Source: Rhizophagus irregularis | Lineage: Eukaryota | Length of the DNA: 64,000 nucleotides | Assembly (NCBI RefSeq): GCF_026210795.1 | Contig: NC_089433.1 | Location: forward strand, 2,790,001 to 2,854,000 | Direction of reading: 5' to 3' | Shown here: piece by piece, positions 25,081 through 37,825 of the stretch | Numbering within the stretch: the stretch's first letter is position 1 | Layout of the letters: each line of letters starts with the position of its first letter | Translations under genes and position numbers: made by a program | The notes under the pieces: generated by a model | The model's database searches: none | Told to the model about the DNA's origin: nothing | What the model saw: the letters and a program-made list of their open reading frames with translations, nothing else

Positions 25081-27197
25081 AAATGAATATCAGTCATTAA
25101 TTTAACAAAGCATTCGATTCTTCATAATTATTCACAATAATGAAGAAAATGAAGAAAGTTAGCATCTGACAATCTATAATTTTTATTAATATTTGTTTCT
25201 TTTTTTTTTAATATATTCTTTGTTTTAAAATCAAGGTTTATCGGGTACTACATTTCAACTCAATTGTTTTTGTTTTTGAACTTATATCCTATAAATGATA
25301 AACAACGTTCTCATGAATTAGAAATTAAATTATTAAAATTATATTTTATTTATTGTTTTTTTTCCATTTATAAAATGCCAAGCGTAATACTTAAACATAT
25401 TTAGTGTTGGTATGTGTTCCCAAAGTTCGAATTTTTTCTATTCTTTTTATTCAGGTTCTTTCTGCATTTTAAAAAATCTTTGTAAAACTAAAGCGTTAAA
25501 GAATCTAAATAAACAAAAACAACACCGGCTTATTCCTAAAGTAGTAAAAAAAAAATTTCTATGATGTTGCCGATTTTCAGTAACCGTACAGTTTACTACA
25601 GTAAATATAATACAAATAAAAATGCACCAATTTTAAATTATCAAAAGAATCTCAAAAGCATGTGTAAAAAATTTGAAACATTTTAATCGATCTCTGCGTC
25701 ATTACTCTCTTACATTTCATTTTAATACTTTAAATTTAATATTTTATATTTCGAATAATTAATTTTTATCACTAAAATTTCTCTCTCGTAATTCACGGTT
25801 TACGCAGGATCCAGGAATAAAATGCTGTCTGGATTACGAACTCTTCCGAATCTGGCAATTCCGTATATATCGATATGTTGCTTGATAAGTAGCAGGTTTT
25901 TTTTTTTTTTTTCAAAAAAAATTATTAATTTGTCCCGTCTGTACTCTGTAGTGTAATTATGTATATTAATGAAACCGCTGGGTTCGAGAATGTGGATGAG
26001 TGTTTGTGAACCATAAAATTAAATAGTGGTACCTCACGTACGGTAAATGTGTTTATTTGTTGATTTCTTTGAAATAAAATTAACGTTATACAAAAATAAT
26101 AAAAGACAAAGGTATTAAACTTTTATCCAAATAATATTAGTTGCTTTGTTAAAATCTATTAATAAAATAATGTAATTAATTTCATGTTTCCAAAAAATTA
26201 GTTAACGAAAAAAAACAAAAAAAAAAGAGTTAATATTTATATGAACTTTATTATTAGTTTAATTCTTATATATCAAATGATTTACATTTATTTGTTACAT
26301 TTTTAGTAAATTTCATGGAAACCTAATCCACAGAGTAAAAATAATCTTAATACTCGTGATGTTTCTAGCAGATTTATTTATTTATTTAGTTTTTTTTTTT
26401 CTTTATCCAGGCAAATTCTTTTTTTTTATATTGATACCCGAAAATGCAAACAGTCCTTGTTTTTTTTAAACCGACGGATTTGTGTCTCCCGTTATTATAA
26501 TTATTATGATAAATATAACCCAACTTGTTAACATCCTTATTTTTTGAATTTTTGAATTTTGAAATATTCGAAGCAAAAAAAAATATCGCCCTTTTTCCCA
26601 TCACAAAAAAAATTCCTACGAAATTGTTCAAATTATCCCTTTCAACCAGGAAGGTAACGATATTTTATGGGGAGTTTTGCTAACTTGCCCGGTTGCCCCC
26701 TGGGTTAAAAATTACCTCACTAAAAATTTATATTTTTACGTGATTTTTGATTTGTTTCAAAAAAAAAAAAAAAACCATTTGTTTTCACTTTACATAGATT
26801 TTATTTATTTGGACATTATGGAAAATAATGACCAAGTTTTCTTACATTTTTGATAATGTCCCTTACGTTTTTTGATTGTGGTCATAATTTACGTATTTTT
26901 TTGGAAAAATTATATAATTATATAAGATTTACTAGTTGAACTACTTTCTAAATTATGTCGATCATCCTATATTATATTTTACCGAAATTTTAAGCCAACT
27001 AAATATAAATTTTTATAAATATACAAAAAACGATAATACATGAAACGATATTTTTACGATTTGGGGGGTAACGATTATATAACGTGACAGAGAAAATTGA
27101 AAATGTTTTGGAAGTTTCAAAGTCATTGAAACTTAAGATGGAGGATGGTAAAAAATTGAAGGGTAAAATAAAAGGTAATAATATTTTTAAACGATGA

Positions 27198-27377
27198 TCA
27201 TCGAAAACCATTAAAAAATTGATTGATTTTATAATCATTTGAGGTTTGTATAGGAAGAGATATAATTGTATTAATAACTATTTGTTGAACGTCGTTATTA
27301 ATAATATTATTTCTCACAAAGCGGTGTCGTCTTCTCTTCTTTATTTCTCTTGAAATAGTTTTTAATGATTTCGGCAT
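27198..27377 (-). CDS. Small basic orphan protein, 59 aa (paralogue of 58192-58386)
   Basis: Hand translation: MPKSLKTISREIKKRRRHRFVRNNIINNDVQQIVINTIISLPIQTSNDYKINQFFNGFR*. It is not in the ORF track (apparently below its length cut-off) and aligns end to end with the 58-kb ORF. Confidence 0.65.
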   Translation of the reverse strand: MPKSLKTISREIKKRRRHRFVRNNIINNDVQQIVINTIISLPIQTSNDYKINQFFNGFR

Positions 27378-28618
27378 TTTTGAAGGAAAAGCTTATTATT
27401 ATTATCTAAAGAAACGTTGACAAAGGAATTTATTTATTCGATAATGTTCTGTTGGGCAGCCGTGTAGCAGCTGCTTTTATAATTTTTTTGAATTTATGAC
27501 AGATGCAATATGCATAATAACATCATATTATCTTTCTTTTATTGGTGTACAATTAATCGAATTAATCGGTCCCAATGTCTTCTTTTCTTTTATATTTTAT
27601 ATTATTAACGGCATTTTATAACTCCCTAAAAAAAAATATTGGTTCAATTGGTTTCACGTAATTTTGAAGTTAAAAAAAGGTAAATTAATCCAATAACTTC
27701 TAACTTTAATTGTTAAATACATAAATCAAAAATTTTTTTTAGTAAAAGCTAACTTTTAACATGATAAGACGTATATTGTGATACTGTATTGGTAAGCGAA
27801 TAATATAACCGCAGTTTTCATTGGATTAACGCGTAAAACGAATAAAACCGTCTTTTAGAATAAAATTTTCAACAAAGAAAAAAGGAAATTCTCAATCAAT
27901 GCAAGAATATTAAATTGTGGCTAATTTTTTTTTTTGAAAGGGTGATATATATATGATTTTGACTGGTTTATAATGCTTTGTAACAAACTCGTATTCGCCG
28001 AAATTTCTATATTTTGTATCCAATGAAAGTATAATTTTCTATTTTATTGTATATTTAAATGTAACGCATCATATTTATTTTACAGCTTTCGCCAATTTTA
28101 TTTATGCGGAAGTTTATTCCGATAATTAAAAAAAAAAAACTGCGTACTACAAATCGGAGATGGAATAAATTATTAAAAACAATCCCTTAAAAATTTAACA
28201 ATGAGTTTAATCTAATTTAATATAATTTAATATTGTAATACGGTGTGACTATTTATATATATAATTTTTCGACGAGAATATAAAGAATATAAGACTTGTT
28301 TTTTGTTGTGATACGTATGATATCAAAAATGCAACACGCGATCTATTGATTATCAATAATCAAAAATCACGTGAATACAATATGAAACATTGAACTCCGA
28401 TTAAAAATGTGTATATATGAATTGTATGATCCACTAGAATCTTTTATTATGGAGATAAATCTCCATACTTTCGCAATTTAAGATATGAAACCCGATGTAA
28501 TTAATTTTAATTGAGTAATTATTACAAGTTTCCTAATTACGTATAATGTTTGGTACAATTTTATTTCGTGTTATCTATTATTTATTTGATTTTTTTTTTT
28601 TATTTTAAATATTATTCG

Positions 28619-28736
<118 letters not shown>

Positions 28737-31459
28737 CTCATTTATCAACTTCTTGTGTAAAAATAAAAGATGACTGGTACGCGTTATCTCTGCAATATTT
28801 AAGTCTTATCTCTGCATCCCGTAAATAATGAATTTTTCATTAATTAGGAATTTCTTAATCTCCGAAATTATTTCCAACATGTTCACATATCATAATTGCA
28901 ACATCAGGTTGGCCCCCAAAAAAAAAAGTAATATGATACAGCAGCAAAATATATAATTATTTACGTAACTTTACATTATTATTGAACGAAAGATGTTTCA
29001 TTTACTTTATAAAGAAAACAAAGGAAATTAATATATTATTTGTCATTTATTCATTTGTCATTTTATTTGCTTTTGCATGATTAAAGATGATTGTAATAAT
29101 AAAAAAAAATAAAAAAAAAAATTTTTTTATATTTATATGTAATTGGTCTATGCAACTCAGTGACTAATGACTAATGTAATAATGCTATTATTTGAGAATA
29201 AACATGTATAAATAAATATTTTCATTTTTTCATTCAATATATCATTCATTATAACCTAACCCAATAATGATAGCATTTATAAATCATTTAATTCGACATA
29301 TATACTGTATACTGTATATATACATTATATTCAAAAATAATCGGCGTAAAAGATTGATAAATATGATAAAGTTTATAAAGTTACCAATTATATTCTTACG
29401 CGTTATTGTATTAGTTTTATCATTAAATTATTAAATCAATTTATTATTTTTTTTTTTACTTAAAAAAGTAGGAATAAAAATAAAAATAAAAAGTTGTAAT
29501 AAAAAATAATTTATATTGAAATATGAACATATTATATAAATATAAATTTTAAAAATAAATATTAAATTAAGATGAATATCATAATCATATGAATGCTAAA
29601 TTTGTAATAAATTAAATATATTGAAAATATTTAAAGAACGCTTTTTTTGATATAAAATCCGTAAATCTGTGATCAACATTATATATATATGTCAATTCGA
29701 GATAAATCATTGTATCCAGATTTGGAATATCCGCTTCATATTTAGCAGAATATCTGGTAATAAACCGGAAAAGAGTCATATATTATTATGTTATCCGGAT
29801 AAAATATAACTCAGGATGGATAAATGATGTGTCAAGCACGTTCATCTTTTGTTTTCACTGTTTCATATCATAAACTTGTAATACACTAGTAACACTAATC
29901 TCATATTCTAATTTTCAAACGGACTAACCTCCTCTTATTTAAATACACCATCTATTGAAGATTCTAAAAAAATAAAACAAAATTTTTTTTAAAAAAACAA
30001 CCTACTGTCTATGAAATTGTTTTCTGATAATGTGCTAGCTAAATATAAAGGAATTGGGCATTTATGGTCTATTTATCAAATAACTAATAAAATAATAGTT
30101 TTTATATATTAATAAATAGGAGTTAATGGATATAATTTATTTATATAGCTCACTTTTATTTTTTTTTTAAAAAAAAAAATTCAGAAAATCAGAAAAATGA
30201 GCTTCGCGGATTTCTAGTTAATTAGGTTGATGATGATCTACAGGCCCTTTTCATCCATCATCCAATGAATTTGGTCCCAGTAGACTATAATTGAATTCAT
30301 TAAGCATATTTTTACATATCCAAAAATGATAGACCAAATAGGAAAGAAAACAATATGTATATCTGTAAATTGGTAGAAATAGGAAAGGATTTCTTGCTCG
30401 ATATATATTAATCCTTCTTAAGTTACACTTTTCTATAGAATATGTTTGAATTTTATGACAAATGGAAATTATTACCGATAAGAGTTCTAATTCAAAAAAT
30501 CTGTAAATGCTAATTGGAATTTAATTGGATACAGTTGGTAGTAGGAAAAGGGTACATAACAAAACCCTGTTATTACGGGTAAACGTTTAATAGATTTTTT
30601 ATGACGCCTGCTTAACAATCTGAAAGGCTTGAAAATGTATGTGTTGCAATTTTAGTTACTTATTTATATTTAAATTTGTTTTAAATTACTTTTTCATCTT
30701 TATCGAAAATAAACGACTTTAACAACTTCTTTGACAATCCTATTATCTGCATTTGTTCTACCACTGTTTATGAATAGTATAATAATTTCAAATGTTATTA
30801 AGTGTATTTTATTTTTTTAGAAGCATTTCAGATTCCTAAGATTTAAACTTACAGTACTCCTTCTAGAGCGGTAAGGAATCACAATCTGGAAAGGGGATTA
30901 AAACATGATCAAAATTGTCATGATTTTGACTAGAATCATCAGCAATACTGCCAATACATCAGTAAATTTTTTGGGTATGGAGTCCCCGAAGATTCCCTAT
31001 CAAAAGATTTTTATAGAATCCTTAAGGACATTCTTATTTGTATTTATTGTATAAACTATTTATTGATATAATTCATTTACTATTATTTTAAATATTTATG
31101 TATTTTGTATTTATTTGTTTACTACATTTAATATGTTATTTTACATATTCCTCAAATTAAATAAGACGTGAAAAATAAATAATAGTAAATAATATAAAAT
31201 AAAAAAAAAATAATGAAAAATAACCATGGAAGGTTGCACAATCAGGTCAACGTCTATCTTGCGATAAAAAGTGGCACAACATATCTTAAGATGTCATACG
31301 AAAAAGTATTATTTCCATCTGTTTTGCTGACAAGAAAATGTATCCAACCAATAAATCCAATAAGTCGAAATCTAAATAATAAAAAAAAAATAATAATAAA
31401 TAAATAAATTAGTACTGTAACAGGACTAAAATTGAAACAAAAACAATCCCTAAATTAAA

Positions 31460-33100
31460 AAAAAACTTACTATGAGCTGTTTTCAAGTTCATCCAGTAGC
31501 TGAGAATAAAAAAAAAAGTTAATTTTAGTAGTAAATGAAGCAAAAAAAACAAATTAATTATTTGCATGAAAAATATTTTTAGTTAATATATAACATACTT
31601 GTCAATATTAACTTTTCCAAATTTATCAAAAAGTAGTACTACGTATTATCTCCAAGTATTTACTTAAGTGATCGCTATAGGATTATTGCAAATATTATTT
31701 GCAGAAAATATTTTCTTCCACACCTAAATGTTTTCCTATGAGCCATCTCCAAATGTTGAATTAAAGTAGTCAAAACCTAAATAATAAAAAACATATATAT
31801 AAAAATTTGGTAACAAACTACAATGAATTTAAGAAATTTATTTCAACATCCAAATCTAGTAGCCAAAGCCTAAAATAATATGAAAAAAGAACTTAGTTAA
31901 TAAAGAACGAAATTATAAAAAAAAAACAAATGAAATAAGCCTAAAGAAAAACTTACGGTAACTGAAACTGTTACCAAAATCCAAATACACTTAAATATTA
32001 AAAAATAAAATTAAATAAAACCAAATATAAACCAAACAAAAGGGCCTCCAAAATCCTAGAATGAAATCTACAATAAATAAAAAAGTTTCTTTACCTCGTC
32101 AGCATAAAGTCCAGTTCATCCAATTTAACTCCAAGAAGCTGGTGACCCTATAATAAAAGAAAAAAAAACATTAGAAAATGTTTCTCATAAATTAAACAAA
32201 AAACACCATCCCTTTACCTTGTCAAGATAAAGTCCAGTCCAAGAGTCCGGTGTTCATACAAAAAGAAGAAATAACATTACAAACGTTCCTTAATTAACAC
32301 ATATTACTCACTCCATTTACCTGTCCCATTCATCTCAAGTCCAGCGTTCTACAAAAAAGAAAGTGTATCTAAAAAATAATAAATAAAGTATGTATTTATT
32401 AAATAAAGAAAAATTTTAGCGCAAAAAAACGAGAGAATAAAAAAAAATAAAATGATAATTTTAAACCGAAAAGAATTAGAACATTATAAAAAAAATTTCG
32501 TTTTAAAAACCGAAAAAGAAAAAAAAATTCAACCGAAAAAAAATAATATAAAAAATATTGATCAATCGCCAATACCGATCATTTTTCGCAGGTTATACCA
32601 TAAAGTGGTTTACTTATTTTATTAACTTGCTAGAAAGGTGAAACAGGATTACTCGTTTTTGTTTACCGGATCCTGAATCCAACGAACTCAACAATTTCTT
32701 TTCAAAACATAACAAGATCCTTATTAACAGTAGGGCCTTTAAAATAGTTCAACACCTACCTGAAAAATACGTCTTCTCAAGATTTTCTGATGAATAGTGT
32801 AAAACTAAAGAATATATTCAACAAGAAATTAAAGGAAAAGGTGGAATGCGAAGCGAACAACATCTTACAAATCGTAATTCGTCATACTGTCCTGGTTGCA
32901 TCGAATTCTATGGATAGATTATCAATATTATCATTTCAATCACCTCCTCTGGTCATGGTCAAGGATTTAACAAAATACATTCCTATGGACTCGTGATATT
33001 TTCAAACAACTATGTGTATTTTAAATGTTGCTCAAATACACCTACAAATGAAATCTGACATCCTCATTACTTAACACTCTGAAAACGATTCCAACATTTA
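31460..33100. mobile_element. Degenerate repeat/TE relic: minus-strand micro-exon array plus a divergently oriented, frameshifted plus-strand ORF remnant
   Basis: Short, GC-richer blocks are bounded by AG/GTAA splice signals on the minus strand (31470-32348). Broken coding-like sequence at 32600-33100 includes CPGC. Confidence 0.4.
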
Positions 33101-33254
33101 CACGTAGTACTTTTAGTGAAAGATAATAACGGCCTATTATTATCATTCTGATGTTTTTATTTATTTTTTTTTAATTAATGTGAAGAATGCATATCTACTC
33201 TTCATAAAAAATAAATTTTAGTATTTTAGTAAATATAGACAACCACTTTACCAC

Positions 33255-33689
33255 AAAATCCTGACAACCATAATATCAACAGACCAAAATCCAAATCCCT
33301 GTGATTGACAGTCAAAATCCTGAAGTTTTTTTTTAAAAAAATATATTTTCCAATTAAGCATGTAATTTTAAAATGCTGTGGTTCTTAATTATATAGTTAA
33401 AATATAATTTAAATTATTTGCAAAATATTTGTAAATTTTATTAATACTAATGCAAATTGTATTAATATTAAGTCAAATTATTTGTACATGTACAATATAT
33501 TACTAGATTACTATGTAATCTATTCCTTATCTTCTAAAGTTAGAAACAATAAATTGTCGGCATTTCAGGAGATCATGATTTGTATCTATCGGATTTTTGA
33601 TGTTGGGATTATAATTGTTGATATTATTGTCAGATCCCTAGATCTCCTACCATGGATAGCTCCCATAATATTATGGTTGTCAGGATTTT
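33255..33689. mobile_element. MITE, Mutator-like TIRs
   Basis: AAAATCCTGACAACCATAATAT at 33255 and its exact reverse complement ATATTATGGTTGTCAGGATTTT ending at 33689, with internal AAATCC sub-repeats. Confidence 0.7.
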
Positions 33690-34351
33690 TGGGAGATCCT
33701 CCACCGTGGATAGCTCCTCCATGGAAACTTGCCTCTTGTTACTTAAAATATTATTGCATATAGGTGTCGCTAAAAAATGGAAGATATTATTTCGAGGTTC
33801 GTCACATATGGTTCATTATTTTTTTTAACATTGATTATTATTTTTATTATAGAATACTAATAATACGATGCACTAAGACTTTATCAATGTATTTCTATCC
33901 CAACTATCTATACTCTATTAAATCCTATTCTAACTACATTTTTTATTTTATTTTATTGTTTAAATTGGGGTGATCATCCTGGGAAAGTTCCAAATGGAGC
34001 AACTCCGAGTACCGGTTTGTATTAAAATTATTAAAATTATGATCACTAATTTAAAGTCGATAATCGTCACATTTCTGTCTTCTTTATTTATTTCCACATT
34101 CTTTTATATTCCTTTTTATCCAAAATAAAATAGAAAACAAAATAGGATCGAATTTCCATAGTGTGAGTTTTATAAACAAATGAAGAGCGGCTTAAGTATA
34201 TCTATGCAACTGTAATCATATGATCAAAAAAATTCGTTTCACTATAAATAGAAGCTGTTGTTTCTTTTCCTCTCGCTAAATTAATCATTAATAATAATAA
34301 GTAACAAGATAGCGTATATATAATACACAGATCCAATCTGTAAAATAAATC

Positions 34352-35678
34352 ATGAAGTGCCTATTTACCCTCTCCCTTGCCTTACTTTTTCTTTCCTCCA
34401 AAGTTTTGTCACAAAATCCAAACATGTTTGATTTTCATATAACTTGTAATGATAACGCATCACCAGCATGCAGTGCCATGGATACATACAATCGAGCTGG
34501 GCAAATCATTTCCGATAATTTAATTTTAAATACAAAAATTATTGTGGAAATTACGGTTGAAAGGAGGCCTGAAACTTTCTGGGGTAATTATGCTTTTCAA
34601 TTAACATTTATTATTAAATTATTGCTAATTTCTGTCCTTACTTCCACTTGCTTTGAATGTTTAAATAGGTGCTACTTATCCAGCGAAAGTATTTAACAAC
34701 TTAGATGATATTAGAAGATATTTTCCTACAGCGCTAATAAAACAAGTACAGCCTGGTTTTCCACCTACGGGGACAGATATTTTCATCACAATTAATTCTA
34801 GTCGTGATCCAGATACGTATTATCCTGGAACTGGTCAAATTCAAGCTAATCAACATGATTTTCTTGAGTTAGTCCTTCATGAATTACAACACGGACTTGG
34901 ATTTGAAACAGTTTGGTATCAATTACAAGGCAATGATCTATTTCCGGATTTTGATTATACTTTGGACAATAATGGTGTGGTTACATTTCAGTCTTTCAAA
35001 GAAAATATATTCGATTATTTCCTAGTTGTTCATCCTATTGGTAGAGGTGTTGAACGTACAACACCCTATGTACAGGCCTTAAACACTATGGCTGGTCCAT
35101 TCGGTAAAACTTATAATAACATGGGTGATTTTTACAATGGAGTCATTCAACAACAACAACAACAAGGCAAATCATATACCAAATCTATGTTATCCATGGC
35201 TACATTGCCATATAGAATGAGCTTTATGGCAAACGATGGTAATGATCCTATTGCGCTAGAAACGACTTATAATCCCTTTAAACTAGGATCAAGTATTTCT
35301 CATTTTGCCAAAGATGTTTATTCAACCACGTCAGACTTTTTATTAATATCGGAAAGCCAGGCAGGTAAAACATTAGAAGACAAAGTTGCAGCTTATGGAA
35401 ATGATCCGGGAGAGGGTATGGGACCTGATTTGAGGTCGTTGTTGGCAACTATGGGGTATATATTTTCAGCTGGCACCTTTTTTATTGTTTGGTCATTTAG
35501 CATGCTTTTTATTAATTCCATCTTCACTTTCTTATTTATAATTAGTTACGAACTTCGCATTCCTGGCAGCCCTCCTGTCAAAAGTTCTAACAAAATTACT
35601 ACCAATAATTCCACTGATAGTAAGCTCAAAAGTGTTGTAAACAATAGGAATAAGAAAAAACGTATTGTAGCATTGTGA
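34352..35678 (+). CDS. Secreted zincin-type metalloprotease-like protein (HEXXH)
   Basis: Signal peptide MKCLFTLSLALLFLSSKVLS. Exons 34352-34583, 34669-35455 and 35546-35678. Exon 2 encodes DFLELVLHELQHGLGF and the downstream GSSISHF. Confidence 0.8.
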
Positions 35679-35795
35679 TACTCCATATTTTTGGTCCAAT
35701 TCGTTCATTTTATTGTTATATTAAATAAAAGAAATTGGATGATAAATCATATAGTATACTGTAGATTATGAAAAAAATAAATGAAAGATTAACAT

Positions 35796-36088
35796 TAGGC
35801 CGGACCAATTGATTCTCTGTTTAACAAAATCCCCCTTTCAAAAATTTGATTTCTTACTATACATATTAAAAAAATTTTTTTATTTAATATTCCCCCACAA
35901 TGGAAATCTAATTTTTAGATTTCTTTTTTTTTTACTTTTTTTTCCCCCCCTTCATATTTTCAAAATTTAATAATTTAATAGTAAAAAAAATAATTCAAAA
36001 AATTTTGTAAATTATTTTTAACCTCCTCCTCCTCTCTCTTTTTTCAATAAAAACTCTTGTTGAACAGAAAATCCTATTGGCCTGGCTT
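35796..36088. mobile_element. MITE with ~32-bp imperfect TIRs
   Basis: TAGGCCGGACCAATTGATTCTCTGTTTAACAA pairs with the reverse complement of TTGTTGAACAGAAAATCCTATTGGCCTGGCTT. Confidence 0.7.
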
Positions 36089-36429
36089 TACATACCTGTA
36101 ACTAATGTTCTACATATGAATATAAGCACTTCGTGACAAGCTCCTTGCCGCCTAAACCCAAAAAAAGGAAGCGGTTGTTTACTTTTTTTGGGTTTGAGCG
36201 GCAAGTATAGCTGGGTTAAATGCGAGCAACGATTTCCGCAGGAAAAAGTCTTAAAGTTCACAATGATTTTAAATAATATATTTCTAGAAAAAGTAATAAG
36301 CTTGAAGAACTCAAAATTAGAAATAATTTTTTAGCAACTTGTTGGTCGAATTAGTCATATTACATTGTAACATATAATTGGTTTTTTCGTAATAGAAACA
36401 ATAAATTTTCGTATCTAAACAACCACCAA

Positions 36430-37060
36430 GAGAAAATTTTCCCTGGGTAAACGAAATCTAGTCACATGTTCATAATCGTGAAGAGGAACTTTTTTGCGAA
36501 ATCAAAATCTATTGGAAGATGGGAGAGAACGCTTAAGCAATTTGTATAGTCTGTCCAATGTAAGAAATCCAACATCAATGCTTTTTATCTTCCGCAAATT
36601 TTGAGCCTTATAGAATCGCCATATAGTACCAAGGAACTTCGATGGGAAATATGGCCACGTGGTATAACGATTAGTGATGCAATTGAGATAGAAAAGCTCT
36701 GGTGTGGATTATTATTTCAAGAAGACTCAATAACGGATTATTATTCAAAGATAAAGAGATATAATGATAACGTCAATCTGCGAAAAGCATCTCGAAAGAG
36801 AATTTATTAGAGAATTATCACCAAATATTAAGTGTTTCGATTTAATGGATTTTGAATATAATCACGACAGTATTCAAATAAAGTCAACTATTAAATTCTT
36901 TAGATCAAAAACTAGGTATCCTCAATTAAGGTTGGTTGCCGTAAGTAACGATTATTATATATCGAATTACGGTTGTAAAAGCTGTAAATTGGCTGTAAAT
37001 ACTACACCATTGTGATCCCTCTTGACGTATTGATTCAGGAAGAAAACGACTAAACAAATC
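36430..37060 (+). pseudogene. Frameshifted gene remnant of unknown family
   Basis: Overlapping coding-like ORF fragments 36601-36810 and 36764-37015 lie in different frames, and the second contains a CKSC motif. Confidence 0.35.
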
Positions 37061-37825
37061 TTGCAACCATGCTTAGACTTTATATCACAACAGCAAAGAT
37101 TGGCTAGTTATATGTCTCCGATCGGTACATACCAAATTCTTGATATAAACAAGAAAAAATGAATGATAACTGTAGACTGTCTTACATTTAGGTAATTGGC
37201 TATGCATAGATTCTCCGGAGCGGTGATCTTCAGCTCGGAAGACATCGCACAAATTTCTGCGCAATGATGTAATAAGTGACACATAAAAAATGTATATATA
37301 TATGCAGTTTTCCCCGAACAAATGTGAGAAAAATGAGAGAAAAATTGTGAAAGAGTGTCTAGTTGCAACACAGAGCTTACCCTATGAGTAAATAGTGCCG
37401 ACAAAACCATATGCTATGAAAGGCTGAGGACTTTGCAATTTTGAGATCGCCAGGCGTTAGTCCAACTTGGAGTCTTCAGGTAGATCTCCATGTGAAAAGG
37501 TATGAAGATTCCGTATTCATGTGCTTTCAAAGCTTTCTTGACAACATGCGACAATGCTAATCAATCTTCTTATATCCTTACCTTTTTTCCCAGCAAGATA
37601 TAAAGTGTGTAGTGTATGCTCTATAAAAAATTTTTTAGAAAATTGATCACAGAGTTTTTTTGGAATGAAAACTAAAAAAATGATCATTTATCGGAATTTT
37701 TCCAAGAAATTTTTTTATAGGGATGTAGAGGTTCAGTCAACTTTCCCGTGAATTTTTTAAGGTATGTATAACATATTTGGTAGAAATGATGCACTTTCAC
37801 CGACTACGTTTCTATGGTGTAGGAT

